This document shows, piece by piece, positions 8,471 to 18,214 of a DNA stretch of 64,000 bases. The notes beneath the pieces were generated by a model, which was not told where the DNA came from, did no database searches, and saw nothing but the letters and a program-made list of their open reading frames with translations. Origin of the DNA: Candidatus Latescibacterota bacterium (lineage in GTDB: Bacteria; Latescibacterota; UBA2968; SICM01). The translations under genes and the position numbers were made by a program. The number at the start of each line of letters is the position of its first letter. The stretch's first letter is position 1. Location: assembly GCA_965217865.1 (NCBI GenBank), contig CBDCJO010000002.1, positions 1,504,001 to 1,568,000 on the forward strand, given 5' to 3'.

Positions 8471-10702
8471 CTATAGTCCCGATTTGTAGCCCGACTTGCC
8501 GATGTTCACCCCCTGGATGCACTCCACACGGGTCTGGACCGTCACCTCGCCCGGGGCTGGCGTCCGGTCCATCGGCGGCCTGGGGGCCTCCAGATCGAGA
8601 CGGCCCTCGTTCTTCGTTGGATGGACCTCCTCGAAAGGTTTGAGCGGTGGCGAATCTTCCAGGGAAAAATCATCGAAGTCACCCAGGACTTCCTGGCCGT
8701 TGATGAGCAGTTCCACTTTTCCCCGGCACATCGAATAGATCTCCTTCCAGAACGGGTCCACCTCGTCACGGACTCCCACGTTTATGACATCGACGAGATC
8801 GCGTTCGATCCAGTCGCGAACGTCCCGCCCCCATTTGATGTTGAACGCCTCGTCCCCCCCGGCATCCGCAACGATCTTGATCTCGCTTCCCTGTTCGGCC
8901 GATTCCTCCGCGACCATCTCCCTCAGCTCGACGAACAGCTCCGACAGGTAGCCCGCCCGGAATTTCACCCAACGCGGCTCGTTACGGGGAAGCTGGCGCG
9001 GGTCCTCGCCGAATTTCTCCTTGAATGCCTCGCACACGTGGGGCTCGTAAAGCAGGAAGGGTACACCCCGGGAGAAGCCCACGACGATTCCCTCGCACAG
9101 GCCGCCTTGGGATCGGCTGATCTGAATGACCTCTCTGTACAGGCTCGTGATGTAGGTTCGCACTTCGGGGAAGGCGTAGCTCATCGTGTGGGACTTGGTG
9201 CCGTCCTGTTCCACCGCGAGGCACTCGGGATGGTCGCGGTAGAAAGGACCTGAGAAGAATTGAAACGGTTGGGCGTAGCCCCAGGCGCCCACGCGGAAGA
9301 ATATCCAGAAATCCATCCCCATCCGCTTCGCCTCGTCCGCCCAGACGGCCAGGCAGTTGATCCCTTTTCGGATCATTGCGGCATTCGACTCGATCACGGC
9401 CGAATCGTAATGGGCCTGCTCCACTTCGTAGCGGTCCATGACCTCGCCGATGGCGGTGGGGTAGCGCGTTTTGTCGGCGGGGCCGTTGACGTCGATCATG
9501 ATGGTGTTATAAGGTGAGTAGCGCAACCAGTCGAGAACGGCCCGGACCTCACCCTCTGTGTGCGTCGTATCTCCCCCGACGTCAACGCGTGTCGCCATCC
9601 GCGGCTTCATCGTGAGGACGGGAGCCGCGGCCTGAACAGGGGCCTCTGCCGGGACCATACGGAACCACGCGATTCCACACCGGACATTGAACGGGGCCAT
9701 GTCGGAGCGGAACGGATGTTCGTGGGGGATCGTGTCCCGTCCCGCCTTTTGTCTCAGATGGAGGTTCTGTCCACTCAGCCGTGCGCGCTTCCACAGCCTT
9801 TCCCGAAGCAAACCGCGCTCGGGCGGATATCGTTTGTATGAGGTGATGTATTGGGGGCGCTGAGGATGCAGCGACAGGTAGGAAAAACTCCGGTCATCGG
9901 TGAGCCTGAGATCGACTCCGCTGTAGAAGAAGCGGTCGTAGGGTGAGCCGGGATCGTAGAGGCCCACGTAGATATCGTACCAGCCTTCCAGCGACGCGTC
10001 GCCCAGAGGAAGGACGACCTCCCGGCCGTGGGAGTTTTCATCCACTTCCATGGCCACGCCACGATCCACGCCTAATTTCGATGCCCGGTAGTCGGCCAAC
10101 CGCCAGGTGTCCGAATGCGTGTTCACACACTCCGGGGTCTCGATCGGGATCAGCTTGATCCCGGCGAGGGCGCAGCGTAGCGTCAGGTCCTTCCACCACG
10201 GTACCTGTGCCAGGTGCAGATCCTGATCGGTCAGATCGGCGATCTTCCAGACGTGTTCGATAAAGATCTCGGCCTTTCCGTAGCCATCAATTTTTTTGAA
10301 CTGCTCAGCGTGCCAGACGGACCAGTTCGCATCGTCGGTCAGCCTGGCGTGAATCCCCTCGCCCGGGGAGCGATCGGAAGGCCCGAAGGGGTCCCACATC
10401 GCATAGCGGATCTCGTACCACCCGTCGAGTCCCAGGTTCGTCAGGGGAACCTTTACGGGCTGGGCGTGGGTGACCTGGGTGCCATAGAGCGCGACGCCCT
10501 TCACGTCTCCGGCCTTGTAATCCAGCAACTGCCACACGCCGGGGTGCTGCGGCTGGGGGGAGACGAAGGCCGACGGCTCGCAGGTGCTGAAGTCGGTGAT
10601 GGTGACGGTTTCTCTGGCTGCGTCGGCATGGTCCTCGAGTACGCACCGGCTCATATCCGAGATCAGCCGTTCGTCTCGACCGTTGTTGTGGGGCATCGCC
10701 AT
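8471..10702 (-). CDS. ~745-aa GHL10/DUF187-like TIM-barrel protein with duplicated N-terminal domain (paralog A)
   Basis: Internal repeat GWYEIRY..EHVWKIADL / GWYDIYV..ERLWKRA; C-terminal FYRDHPE, MSYAFPEVR, EGIVVGFSRG, DVRDWIERDLVD; RBS AAGGAG. Confidence 0.8.
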   Translation of the reverse strand: MAMPHNNGRDERLISDMSRCVLEDHADAARETVTITDFSTCEPSAFVSPQPQHPGVWQLLDYKAGDVKGVALYGTQVTHAQPVKVPLTNLGLDGWYEIRYAMWDPFGPSDRSPGEGIHARLTDDANWSVWHAEQFKKIDGYGKAEIFIEHVWKIADLTDQDLHLAQVPWWKDLTLRCALAGIKLIPIETPECVNTHSDTWRLADYRASKLGVDRGVAMEVDENSHGREVVLPLGDASLEGWYDIYVGLYDPGSPYDRFFYSGVDLRLTDDRSFSYLSLHPQRPQYITSYKRYPPERGLLRERLWKRARLSGQNLHLRQKAGRDTIPHEHPFRSDMAPFNVRCGIAWFRMVPAEAPVQAAAPVLTMKPRMATRVDVGGDTTHTEGEVRAVLDWLRYSPYNTIMIDVNGPADKTRYPTAIGEVMDRYEVEQAHYDSAVIESNAAMIRKGINCLAVWADEAKRMGMDFWIFFRVGAWGYAQPFQFFSGPFYRDHPECLAVEQDGTKSHTMSYAFPEVRTYITSLYREVIQISRSQGGLCEGIVVGFSRGVPFLLYEPHVCEAFKEKFGEDPRQLPRNEPRWVKFRAGYLSELFVELREMVAEESAEQGSEIKIVADAGGDEAFNIKWGRDVRDWIERDLVDVINVGVRDEVDPFWKEIYSMCRGKVELLINGQEVLGDFDDFSLEDSPPLKPFEEVHPTKNEGRLDLEAPRPPMDRTPAPGEVTVQTRVECIQGVNIGKSGYKSGL

Positions 10703-10760
10703 GTCTCCTTTCAGGTTTCACTTCCAAACGGACCCGGAACCGCTCTCTCCGGAATTCCTT

Positions 10761-12737
10761 TCACAAAAAATGAAGCAACTCCCTGATGCTTGAGATGACC
10801 GCTTCCCCCAGGATCATCCCCAGGAAGAAAGGCCGGATGTAGCCGTAGAGCGACGGCCCTCCATATTTCAGCACGTTCAGCTTGACCAACCACCCCACGA
10901 AGATATTGATCCAAAACGCTGTATGGATCGTGCCCGCTGCGTAGCCGATCGGGTGGATGGGCCACCAGTAGAACCGCTTCCGCGCAAAGATCAGTACGGA
11001 CATTGCGGCAGCGCCAACCCCGGACCAGAGGAGGCGGATGGGCTGCCCATCAGAAGAGTCGCTGATTGCGGAGCCGTAGTAGTTCAGATGGCGGTTCAGG
11101 AGCTCAGTCACGTATTGCTGCATCGAGAACCCATATGCTCCCAGACTGTAAGCATGATGCAGCATCGTAACCGTCGTCGTCACCCCTCCCACCAGAAGTG
11201 TCAGAAGCAGCAAGTAGATAAGGAGCCGGGATCGCTGCCGTGTCCCGTGCGTCAATTTAAGGGTCGTTGACGCGCCGGCCATGACGTGCGTCCTCGCGGG
11301 AAAGGCCCAGGGTTGGGCCAGGAAAAAACCCGCCGTTGTGGATGGACTAAGTATCCGGGTGCCGGCCGAGTGCAGGAATATCTGCATCGAACTCATAGGG
11401 GCGCCCAACACGACCCCGGTCTCTGCCAGGACGCGGGTGACGCCCACGAAGGTTACCAGCATCACGGCCACGAAGATCGGCAAGATCCACGAGGAGATCC
11501 CGGTCATCCAGAGCCAGCAGCAGATGAATACGACCCCACCGACGGAGCCGAAGACCGCCGTACGGTAGGAGAGCAGTTCGTCCCTGTCGTCCACCCCTGG
11601 AGCGTACCCGAAGGCCTTCCCGAACACATCTCTCAGGTGGTCCCGGGCCTCATACAACCCGACGCAGACCAGCACGGCCAGCGCGCCGATCACCTCCTGG
11701 TGCAGATGGGTATAGTGCACAGAAGGCCGGTTGGGCGGACTTCCCAGGATGGCGCTGCCGGACACTATGATCAGGTAGATCTGGACGTAACTGATCAGGG
11801 TGAAAAGCAGAATGCTGGCCAGGATCTCGAGCGAGACCAGGTAGCTGATCCCCAGGACAAGGAAATTCGTGTAGATGGGCACCCCGATCGAGTTTCTGTA
11901 GAAACGGGTATAGAAGCTGAGATTGATTGCAGGGATAACGGGAAGCAGCATTTTCAGTATGGCCGTGAAACCGACGAAAGCGGGCAGTGTGAAGCCGGAC
12001 CAGAAGATCCCGTTCCCAAGCAGCGGTCGCACCCCCGGCTCTCCGCCCGTCAGCGTCAGAGGAAGCTGCGCAAGGGGGAAAGAAAGTCGTTCATGGTCGA
12101 TCCACGGCTTGCGCAGGATTACCATCAACGAAATCATGACGAAATAAAGCGCCCCCAGGAGGATGGACCATGCGGCCATGGGCCAAATCCATACCCCGTA
12201 CGGCACGCCGCCTCCGGAGGAGAGGCCTTCGAAGAAACCCTTGGCCACGGCGTGATCTTTGATGACCAGCCCATCCGGCAGAACAGGTAAAACCAGGCTG
12301 TCCCATTGATTTTCCCGGGTGGCGTAGAAGGAAAACCCGGCCATGTGAGGAATCAGATAGAAAACGGTGATGAGGACGGCCGAGGCCAGTGTCAGCATCG
12401 AGAAGATGATGAGCAACTCTCTCGGCTCCAACCCTGAACGCATGATCCCGACCCGTTTCAGGAGGCCGATACTCAGGATCAGGACAAAAAGGAGAAACAG
12501 CGCTCCTGACCCGAGTCCGTTTGACGTCAAACCCGAAAGGCCCCTTCCACCGACGGCCTGGGCCGATGCCTCCAGAAAGGCCAGCATGCCGCTCAGGGCG
12601 AGACCGATGAGGGCCGCCCGCCAAGTCAAGCCCTGCGCGATGGGGGAGGCCTCCGCCGACGTCACCCCGGGTAGCTCACGTCCGGTTTCGATCGTTCCGG
12701 ACCACGGGTCCGGCTGATTTCCTGATTTCCGTTCCAT
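10761..12737 (-). CDS. DUF6785/DUF6784-type polytopic membrane protein, putative transporter (copy A)
   Basis: Many hydrophobic segments; LRKPWIDHERLSFPLAQLP, RDELLSYRTAV, RFYWWPIHPIG, LKYGGPSLY, RPFFLGMILG. Confidence 0.8.
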   Translation of the reverse strand: MERKSGNQPDPWSGTIETGRELPGVTSAEASPIAQGLTWRAALIGLALSGMLAFLEASAQAVGGRGLSGLTSNGLGSGALFLLFVLILSIGLLKRVGIMRSGLEPRELLIIFSMLTLASAVLITVFYLIPHMAGFSFYATRENQWDSLVLPVLPDGLVIKDHAVAKGFFEGLSSGGGVPYGVWIWPMAAWSILLGALYFVMISLMVILRKPWIDHERLSFPLAQLPLTLTGGEPGVRPLLGNGIFWSGFTLPAFVGFTAILKMLLPVIPAINLSFYTRFYRNSIGVPIYTNFLVLGISYLVSLEILASILLFTLISYVQIYLIIVSGSAILGSPPNRPSVHYTHLHQEVIGALAVLVCVGLYEARDHLRDVFGKAFGYAPGVDDRDELLSYRTAVFGSVGGVVFICCWLWMTGISSWILPIFVAVMLVTFVGVTRVLAETGVVLGAPMSSMQIFLHSAGTRILSPSTTAGFFLAQPWAFPARTHVMAGASTTLKLTHGTRQRSRLLIYLLLLTLLVGGVTTTVTMLHHAYSLGAYGFSMQQYVTELLNRHLNYYGSAISDSSDGQPIRLLWSGVGAAAMSVLIFARKRFYWWPIHPIGYAAGTIHTAFWINIFVGWLVKLNVLKYGGPSLYGYIRPFFLGMILGEAVISSIRELLHFL

Positions 12738-12798
12738 TTTAGACTGAGTCGATATCTAAGCCCCGACGGCCGATTGAAAAAGCACGACATCGTGCCCG

Positions 12799-14328
12799 TT
12801 ACTTCGGGGTAACACGGACTTCGACTTCCTGAATTGTCACATTCTCTGTGACAGCGGGATCATCGCGCAGGGTGAAGCCGATCTCATTGGCTCCGTCTCG
12901 GAGCATCCCGTCTTCGAGCGGGAACTGCGCGTAGAGAAACCCTTCGCTTTTGTGGGGGATCAGTGACAGCTTATCGGTGGGAATCTCCTGATCATTGACA
13001 TCCACACACAGAGAACGGATGTCGGTAAGCCTGCGCGCTTTGAACCGGACCGAGGCCTCCGCATGCTTGAGGTCTTCGTGCAGGCGACAGGGAACGGTCT
13101 TCCGCCCTGAAGCGCCAGGGGTCAGCTCGACATGGAGGAAATAGGACTCGGAGAAGAGCGCGCCTTTCATGTAGATGTAACGCCGTTCCTTTCCCTCGAT
13201 CCCTTCAGGAAGACAGATGTCTGGGAGAGGGTCGTACCCGGAAGGGGAGAAGTTGAAGAACGACAGGCCGTCGGCCCCCTCGGCGTAGAACCCGTGGGCC
13301 AGGGCACGAATGTTCTCTCGCGTCACCTGGGAGGTGCCTTGTTCAGTTTCTTTCAACCCATACTCCTCCGGGAGGCAGAGGTCGCTCTGGTAGGAGGTGA
13401 GTCCGATGATTCCAGGGTATACGGCACAGCTCGTGGAGGAGGCCAGCTCGACCCAGGGTTCGATGACCATGTTGAAATCGGTCACATAGGTTTCCGTGGG
13501 GCTCACGTAGTCCAGCAGCCCGTCCTGAATCCACGCGTCGACGTCCATGCCTCCGACGCGGCAGAAATCGATATCCCAGGGTACGATCGCGCCGACGACG
13601 GGCGAGGTCTTCCCCCGTTTGGTGACGGCCTCGACGACGATCCTGCGACATTCGGCGACGAAGGTCGTCAAGTGGTGCGCGTTCTTTGACGGAAAGCTGA
13701 CGCAGTGCGGGCCTCTGAGGAAGTTGAGGGTCAGGCCGGCCACATCGTATCGCTCGATGAACTCCCTGACCAGCGACAGGCGGTTTTCGCGCACCTCGGG
13801 AACGGAATAGTCGAGCAGATGCGGTCGAAGCTCCGAGTCGATGCACGAATGCTGGACAGGGCCCACGCAGGGGTAGTCGAACGAGGGGGGACCGCCGGCC
13901 GCATTTTCGATGACACCGATTCGCCACTCGGGATGCTTGAGCCAGAACCAGCCTGCAAATTCCGGATGGTAGGTCACGTGGTGGCCGTCGTTGGGCCGCA
14001 GCTTGGCGAGCATGGTAAGGCCGTGACCGTTGACCTCATCGACCAACAGCTTGAAGGGATCCACATCGGCCGCCATCAATCCGCGCATCGCGACGGCCAT
14101 GGGCGTCCGAACCGACGGGATGTTTCCCAGGACCTGCCCGACACGGGTTGGGAAATACCAGCAGATCCCCTCCTGGGTGGCCGCACACACGCTGATGATG
14201 TCCGCCCCGCTCTCCAGGAACAATCGGATGGCCTTTGCCAGTCTCGCGGGGCCGTCCTCTCCGGCGGCCTCTGCCACATAGCCGTGGTCGTCGTGGATGA
14301 CGATCTTTTTCCCATTGGAATTTTTCAC
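12799..14328 (-). CDS. GHL10/DUF187-like glycoside hydrolase family protein (509 aa)
   Basis: LRPNDGHH, WLKHPEW, LDYSVPEVRE, DVAGLTLNFLR, GMDVDAWIQDGLLDY, GADGLSFFNF; GTG start. Confidence 0.78.
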   Translation of the reverse strand: MKNSNGKKIVIHDDHGYVAEAAGEDGPARLAKAIRLFLESGADIISVCAATQEGICWYFPTRVGQVLGNIPSVRTPMAVAMRGLMAADVDPFKLLVDEVNGHGLTMLAKLRPNDGHHVTYHPEFAGWFWLKHPEWRIGVIENAAGGPPSFDYPCVGPVQHSCIDSELRPHLLDYSVPEVRENRLSLVREFIERYDVAGLTLNFLRGPHCVSFPSKNAHHLTTFVAECRRIVVEAVTKRGKTSPVVGAIVPWDIDFCRVGGMDVDAWIQDGLLDYVSPTETYVTDFNMVIEPWVELASSTSCAVYPGIIGLTSYQSDLCLPEEYGLKETEQGTSQVTRENIRALAHGFYAEGADGLSFFNFSPSGYDPLPDICLPEGIEGKERRYIYMKGALFSESYFLHVELTPGASGRKTVPCRLHEDLKHAEASVRFKARRLTDIRSLCVDVNDQEIPTDKLSLIPHKSEGFLYAQFPLEDGMLRDGANEIGFTLRDDPAVTENVTIQEVEVRVTPK

Positions 14329-15815
14329 GCTACGCTCCTTTGCTTATCATAAAACTGGAGAGCGAAAAGGTCGGCGTCCTTCATGACGAACCGAAGCCGA
14401 ACGGGCATGCCGGCAAGCGAGCTTAAGTCGCCGGACTCCTTCCAGGCGACCCCCCGCACTATGTGGTCGCCGTATATCTCCGGACAGTCCTCAAGTTTGA
14501 AGCCAGTCAAAGGTTCGCCCGAGGCGTCCTGGATCTCCACCCTCACGGAGCCGGCCGCGGACGTCGCGTAGTTGATCACGAGCCCTCCACCCGAAAAGAC
14601 CAGAGGCCTGGTGATCAGCTCACCCCCGGGATAGCCCGCGTGCATTGAGACGAATCCGTCAAGCCTCAGGGTGGAACGACGCAAATGGATGTCATCGTGC
14701 TGCCAGTGCGAGACGTAGTAGAGGGACATCTCATCCGGCCCGGTCTGCAGTATGCCGGGCGAGCAGGTGAAGTTTCCGTGATTTACCCAGTTGCGCTCGT
14801 CCAACCCCGGCCGGAGGAACGCCTCCTTGAAACGCCGATCCCAGTGCAGTCCGTCCCGGCTGCTCATGAACAGCGCATCGGCGAGTCCCGCGGTTCGGGC
14901 GATGGCGCTGCCCGCCCAACCTCTGATCGTTTCACGATCGGGGATGAAACGCATCGGAAAGCCCACGAACATATGCGGGGCGCGAAAATACTTTGTCACG
15001 GCGTTCGTATAGAGGTGCTCCAGAGGGGGATCCCCATCATAGATAAGCCACTCCTGCGGGGACCAGTTTATGTAGTCCTTAGACGTGCTCCGCGTAATCG
15101 CGCGCACCCGGTCCGGGACGCCCGCCCAGCGGTGGTATTCTTCCGGAGGCGCGTCCAGGTCGGGAGGCACCGTGAACCCCTTTTTCCGGGATACCCAGTT
15201 CCGCAAAAAGGCCATATACAGCTTGCTTTCGGGATCCCATAGAGACGTGTTGTGCGTGTCCAGGGGCCCCCCCACGATGACCGGCTCCTTGCGCCACCAT
15301 TCCCAGTGCAGGCCATCCGATGAGGACATGGTCCCCTTGGGGCCACCGTAGCCGAGGGTTATTCCACAGATGGCCTTGTAACGCCTCTCGGGGGGTGCCT
15401 CCGGATTTTCGTCCTTGAAACCGTGCCATTGGGGCGTTCCATCCCCTATATAGGTGATGTTGTTTTCTCTGCTCCCGTTGAACTCGTAAAGCCCAAGGTT
15501 CGGTTTGGTCCAGTTGATCCCGTCAATGCTTTCAGCGTAGCACGTGCAGGAGGATCCGGGCCTTCCCTTCTGCATTTCCCGGCGGCCCCCCCGGTAGTAC
15601 ATTCTGAATCTGTCGCCGTCCTTGAAGACGGTCGGGGTGCCGCTCATGTGCCCTTCCCAGGGCATGGTCAGGTCGAATATCATCCCCGCGTCCGTCGGCT
15701 TCTGCAGATCGAAACGCAGACCCTTCATCTCGTCGACGAGCCAGTCATCCACGAACAGCTCCAGGCGGGAGCCGATCTGGAGAGGCGCTGTCCCGTTCGA
15801 TATTCCCTTCGTCAA
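14325..15815 (-). CDS. GH32/GH43-like beta-propeller protein
   Basis: ELFVDDWLV, PWEG, CYAESIDGINWTKPNLG, SSDGLHW, SRDGLHWDR, LRLDGFVSM, LVINYATSAAGSVRVE, VRLRFVMKDADLF. Confidence 0.82.
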   Translation of the reverse strand: MTKGISNGTAPLQIGSRLELFVDDWLVDEMKGLRFDLQKPTDAGMIFDLTMPWEGHMSGTPTVFKDGDRFRMYYRGGRREMQKGRPGSSCTCYAESIDGINWTKPNLGLYEFNGSRENNITYIGDGTPQWHGFKDENPEAPPERRYKAICGITLGYGGPKGTMSSSDGLHWEWWRKEPVIVGGPLDTHNTSLWDPESKLYMAFLRNWVSRKKGFTVPPDLDAPPEEYHRWAGVPDRVRAITRSTSKDYINWSPQEWLIYDGDPPLEHLYTNAVTKYFRAPHMFVGFPMRFIPDRETIRGWAGSAIARTAGLADALFMSSRDGLHWDRRFKEAFLRPGLDERNWVNHGNFTCSPGILQTGPDEMSLYYVSHWQHDDIHLRRSTLRLDGFVSMHAGYPGGELITRPLVFSGGGLVINYATSAAGSVRVEIQDASGEPLTGFKLEDCPEIYGDHIVRGVAWKESGDLSSLAGMPVRLRFVMKDADLFALQFYDKQRSVA

Positions 15816-15900
15816 AGAAGATCCTCCTGTCTTGGCGATTTGGTTTCCGTTTTCACGTCTTTTTGTCCATCCGAGATTTCGGATCAGGAACCAGACTCGC

Positions 15901-18156
15901 CTACATGCCCGATTTGTAACCCGGCTTACCGATGTTCAATCCCTGTATACTCCCCACGCGGGTCTGGACCGTCACCTCGCCGGGGGCAGGCGTCCGGTCC
16001 ATTGGCGGTCTGGGGGCCTCCAGAACAAGACGGCCCTCATTCTTCGATGGATGGATCTCCTCGAAGGGTTTGAGCGGGGGCGGATCTTCAAGGGAAAAAT
16101 CATCGATGTCACCCAGGACCTCCTTGCCGTCGATGAGGATCTCGACTTTTCCCCTGCACATCGAATAGATCTTTTTCCAGAACGGGTCCACCTCGTTGCG
16201 GGCCCCGACGGTTATGACGTCGACGAGACCGCGGTCGACCCAGTCTCGAACGTCCCGCCCCCATTTGATGTTGAACGCCTCGTCCCCCCAGGCATCCGCA
16301 ACGATCTTGATCTCGCTCCCCTGTACTGCGGATTCCTCTGCGAGCATCCCCCGCAGCTCGACGAACAGCTCCGACAGGTAGCCCGCACGGAACTTCACCC
16401 AGCGCGGCTCATCGTCGGGAAGCTGGCGCGGGTCCTCGCCGAATTTCTCCTTGAACGCCTCGCACACGTGGGGCTCGTAAACCAGGAAGGGTACGCCCCG
16501 GGAGAAGCCCACGACGATTCCCTCGCACCGGCCACCTTCGGATCGGCTGATCTGAATGACCTCTCTGTACAGGCTCGTGATATAGCTTCGCACTTCGGGG
16601 AAGGCGTAGCTCATCGTGTGCCACGGCGTGCCGTCCTTGGCGACCGCGAGACATTCGGGATGGTCGCGGAAGAACGGCCCGCAGTAGGCCTGATACGGTT
16701 GGGCATAGCCCCAGGCGCCCACGCGGAAAAATATCCAGAAGTCCATCCCAATCCGTTTCACCTCGTCAGCCCAGACGGCCAGGCAGTTGACGCCGTTACG
16801 AATCATCGAAGCGTTGGACTCGATTATGCGTCGGTCTATGATTCGCAGCTCCACTTCGTAACGGTCCATCACCTCTCCGATGTCCGTGGGGTAGCGGGTT
16901 TTGTCCGGGGGGCCGTTGGGGTCAAGCATGATGGTGTTATAGGGGGAGTGGCTCAGCCAGTCGAGTGCAGCCCGGACATCACCCTCCGTACGAGTCAAAT
17001 CCCCCCCAACGTCAACACGCGTCGCGAGCCGGGGCTTCATCTTGGGGACGAGCGCCGTGGCTTGAACCGGCGCATCTGCAGGGACCAGCCGGAACCACGC
17101 GATACCGCACCGGACGTTGAACGGCGCGAAATCGGGACGGGGGTGCTCATGGGGGATTGTATCGAGATCCCGCTTCTGCCTCAGATGAATGCTCTGGCTG
17201 TCCAGCTTCGCGCGCTTCCACAGCCTTTCGGTGAACACACCGCGCTCTGCCGTCGGCCGAGCGGACTCGCCTGCAACCCGCCCCCCCAGATTGGGTTCGA
17301 CCCTCACGGGCCTCGGCGAATGGAGCTCCAAGTGGGAGAAACCCGGATCATCGCTGAGCTTCAGATCGACGCCGGGGTAGAAGAAGCGGTCGTAGGTTGA
17401 GCCGGGATCGTAGAGGCCCACGTAGATGTCGTACCAACCCTGAAGCGATGGGTCGTCCAGGGGAAGGAGGATCTCCCTTCCGCGGCAGTCCTCGTCCACC
17501 TCCAGGGCCACGCCTCGATCCACGCCGAAATCCGATCCCCGGTAATCGGCCAGTCGCCAGGTGTCCGAATGCGTGTTCACGCGCTCCGGCGTCTCGATCG
17601 GAATGAACTTGATCCTGGCAAGGGCGCAGCGCAGCGTCAGGTCCTGCCACCACGTGACCTGCGCCAGGTGCAGATCCTGATCGGTCAGATCGGCGATCTT
17701 CCAGACGTGTTCGATGAAGGTTTCGGCCTTTCCGTAGCCATCAATTTCTGTGAACTGCTCAGCGTGCCATACGGACCACTTCGCGTCGTCACTGAGCCTG
17801 GCGCGAATCCCCTCGCCCGGGGAGCGATCGGAAGGCCCGAAGGGGTCCCACATCGCATAGCGGATCTCGTACCAACCGTTGAGTCCAAGGTTCGTCAGGG
17901 GAACGTGAACCGGTTGGGCGTGGGTGTTCTCCGTGCCGTAGAGCGCGATTCCCTGAACTTCACTGGCCTCGTAATCCAGCAACTGCCACACGCCGGGGTG
18001 CTGGGGCTGGGGGGAGACGAAGGCCGACGGCTCGCACGCGCTGAAGTCGGTGATGGTGACGGTCTCCCTGGCTGCGGCGGCATGGTCCTCGAGTACGCAC
18101 CGGCTCATATCCGAGATCAGCCGTTCGTCTCGACCGTTGTTGTGGGGCATCGCCAT
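15901..18156 (-). CDS. ~745-aa GHL10-like TIM-barrel protein (paralog B)
   Basis: Highly similar to 8471..10702 over its full length; identical 5' end and RBS. Confidence 0.8.
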   Translation of the reverse strand: MAMPHNNGRDERLISDMSRCVLEDHAAAARETVTITDFSACEPSAFVSPQPQHPGVWQLLDYEASEVQGIALYGTENTHAQPVHVPLTNLGLNGWYEIRYAMWDPFGPSDRSPGEGIRARLSDDAKWSVWHAEQFTEIDGYGKAETFIEHVWKIADLTDQDLHLAQVTWWQDLTLRCALARIKFIPIETPERVNTHSDTWRLADYRGSDFGVDRGVALEVDEDCRGREILLPLDDPSLQGWYDIYVGLYDPGSTYDRFFYPGVDLKLSDDPGFSHLELHSPRPVRVEPNLGGRVAGESARPTAERGVFTERLWKRAKLDSQSIHLRQKRDLDTIPHEHPRPDFAPFNVRCGIAWFRLVPADAPVQATALVPKMKPRLATRVDVGGDLTRTEGDVRAALDWLSHSPYNTIMLDPNGPPDKTRYPTDIGEVMDRYEVELRIIDRRIIESNASMIRNGVNCLAVWADEVKRIGMDFWIFFRVGAWGYAQPYQAYCGPFFRDHPECLAVAKDGTPWHTMSYAFPEVRSYITSLYREVIQISRSEGGRCEGIVVGFSRGVPFLVYEPHVCEAFKEKFGEDPRQLPDDEPRWVKFRAGYLSELFVELRGMLAEESAVQGSEIKIVADAWGDEAFNIKWGRDVRDWVDRGLVDVITVGARNEVDPFWKKIYSMCRGKVEILIDGKEVLGDIDDFSLEDPPPLKPFEEIHPSKNEGRLVLEAPRPPMDRTPAPGEVTVQTRVGSIQGLNIGKPGYKSGM

Positions 18157-18214
18157 GTCTCCTTTCAGGTTTCACTTCCAAACGGACCCGGAACCGCTCT
18201 CTCCGGAATTCCTT

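Larger units (their letters stand above)
7497..8473. mobile_element. TA-flanked MITE-like element carrying REP hairpins and a nested IS200/IS605 element
   Basis: Terminal inverted repeats TAGTGGCGTGTTACAGAATTAACAC versus reverse complement TAGCGGTGTGTTCCGAAAATCACAC (18/25 by manual count); no transposase of its own. Confidence 0.55.

Noticed and set aside
15622-17400. Long plus-strand ORFs (e.g. 592 aa here; also 1438..2598, 21323..22411, 38779..40032, 48247..49434)
   Set aside because: Antisense shadows of well-supported minus-strand genes in high-GC DNA; no recognisable motifs.
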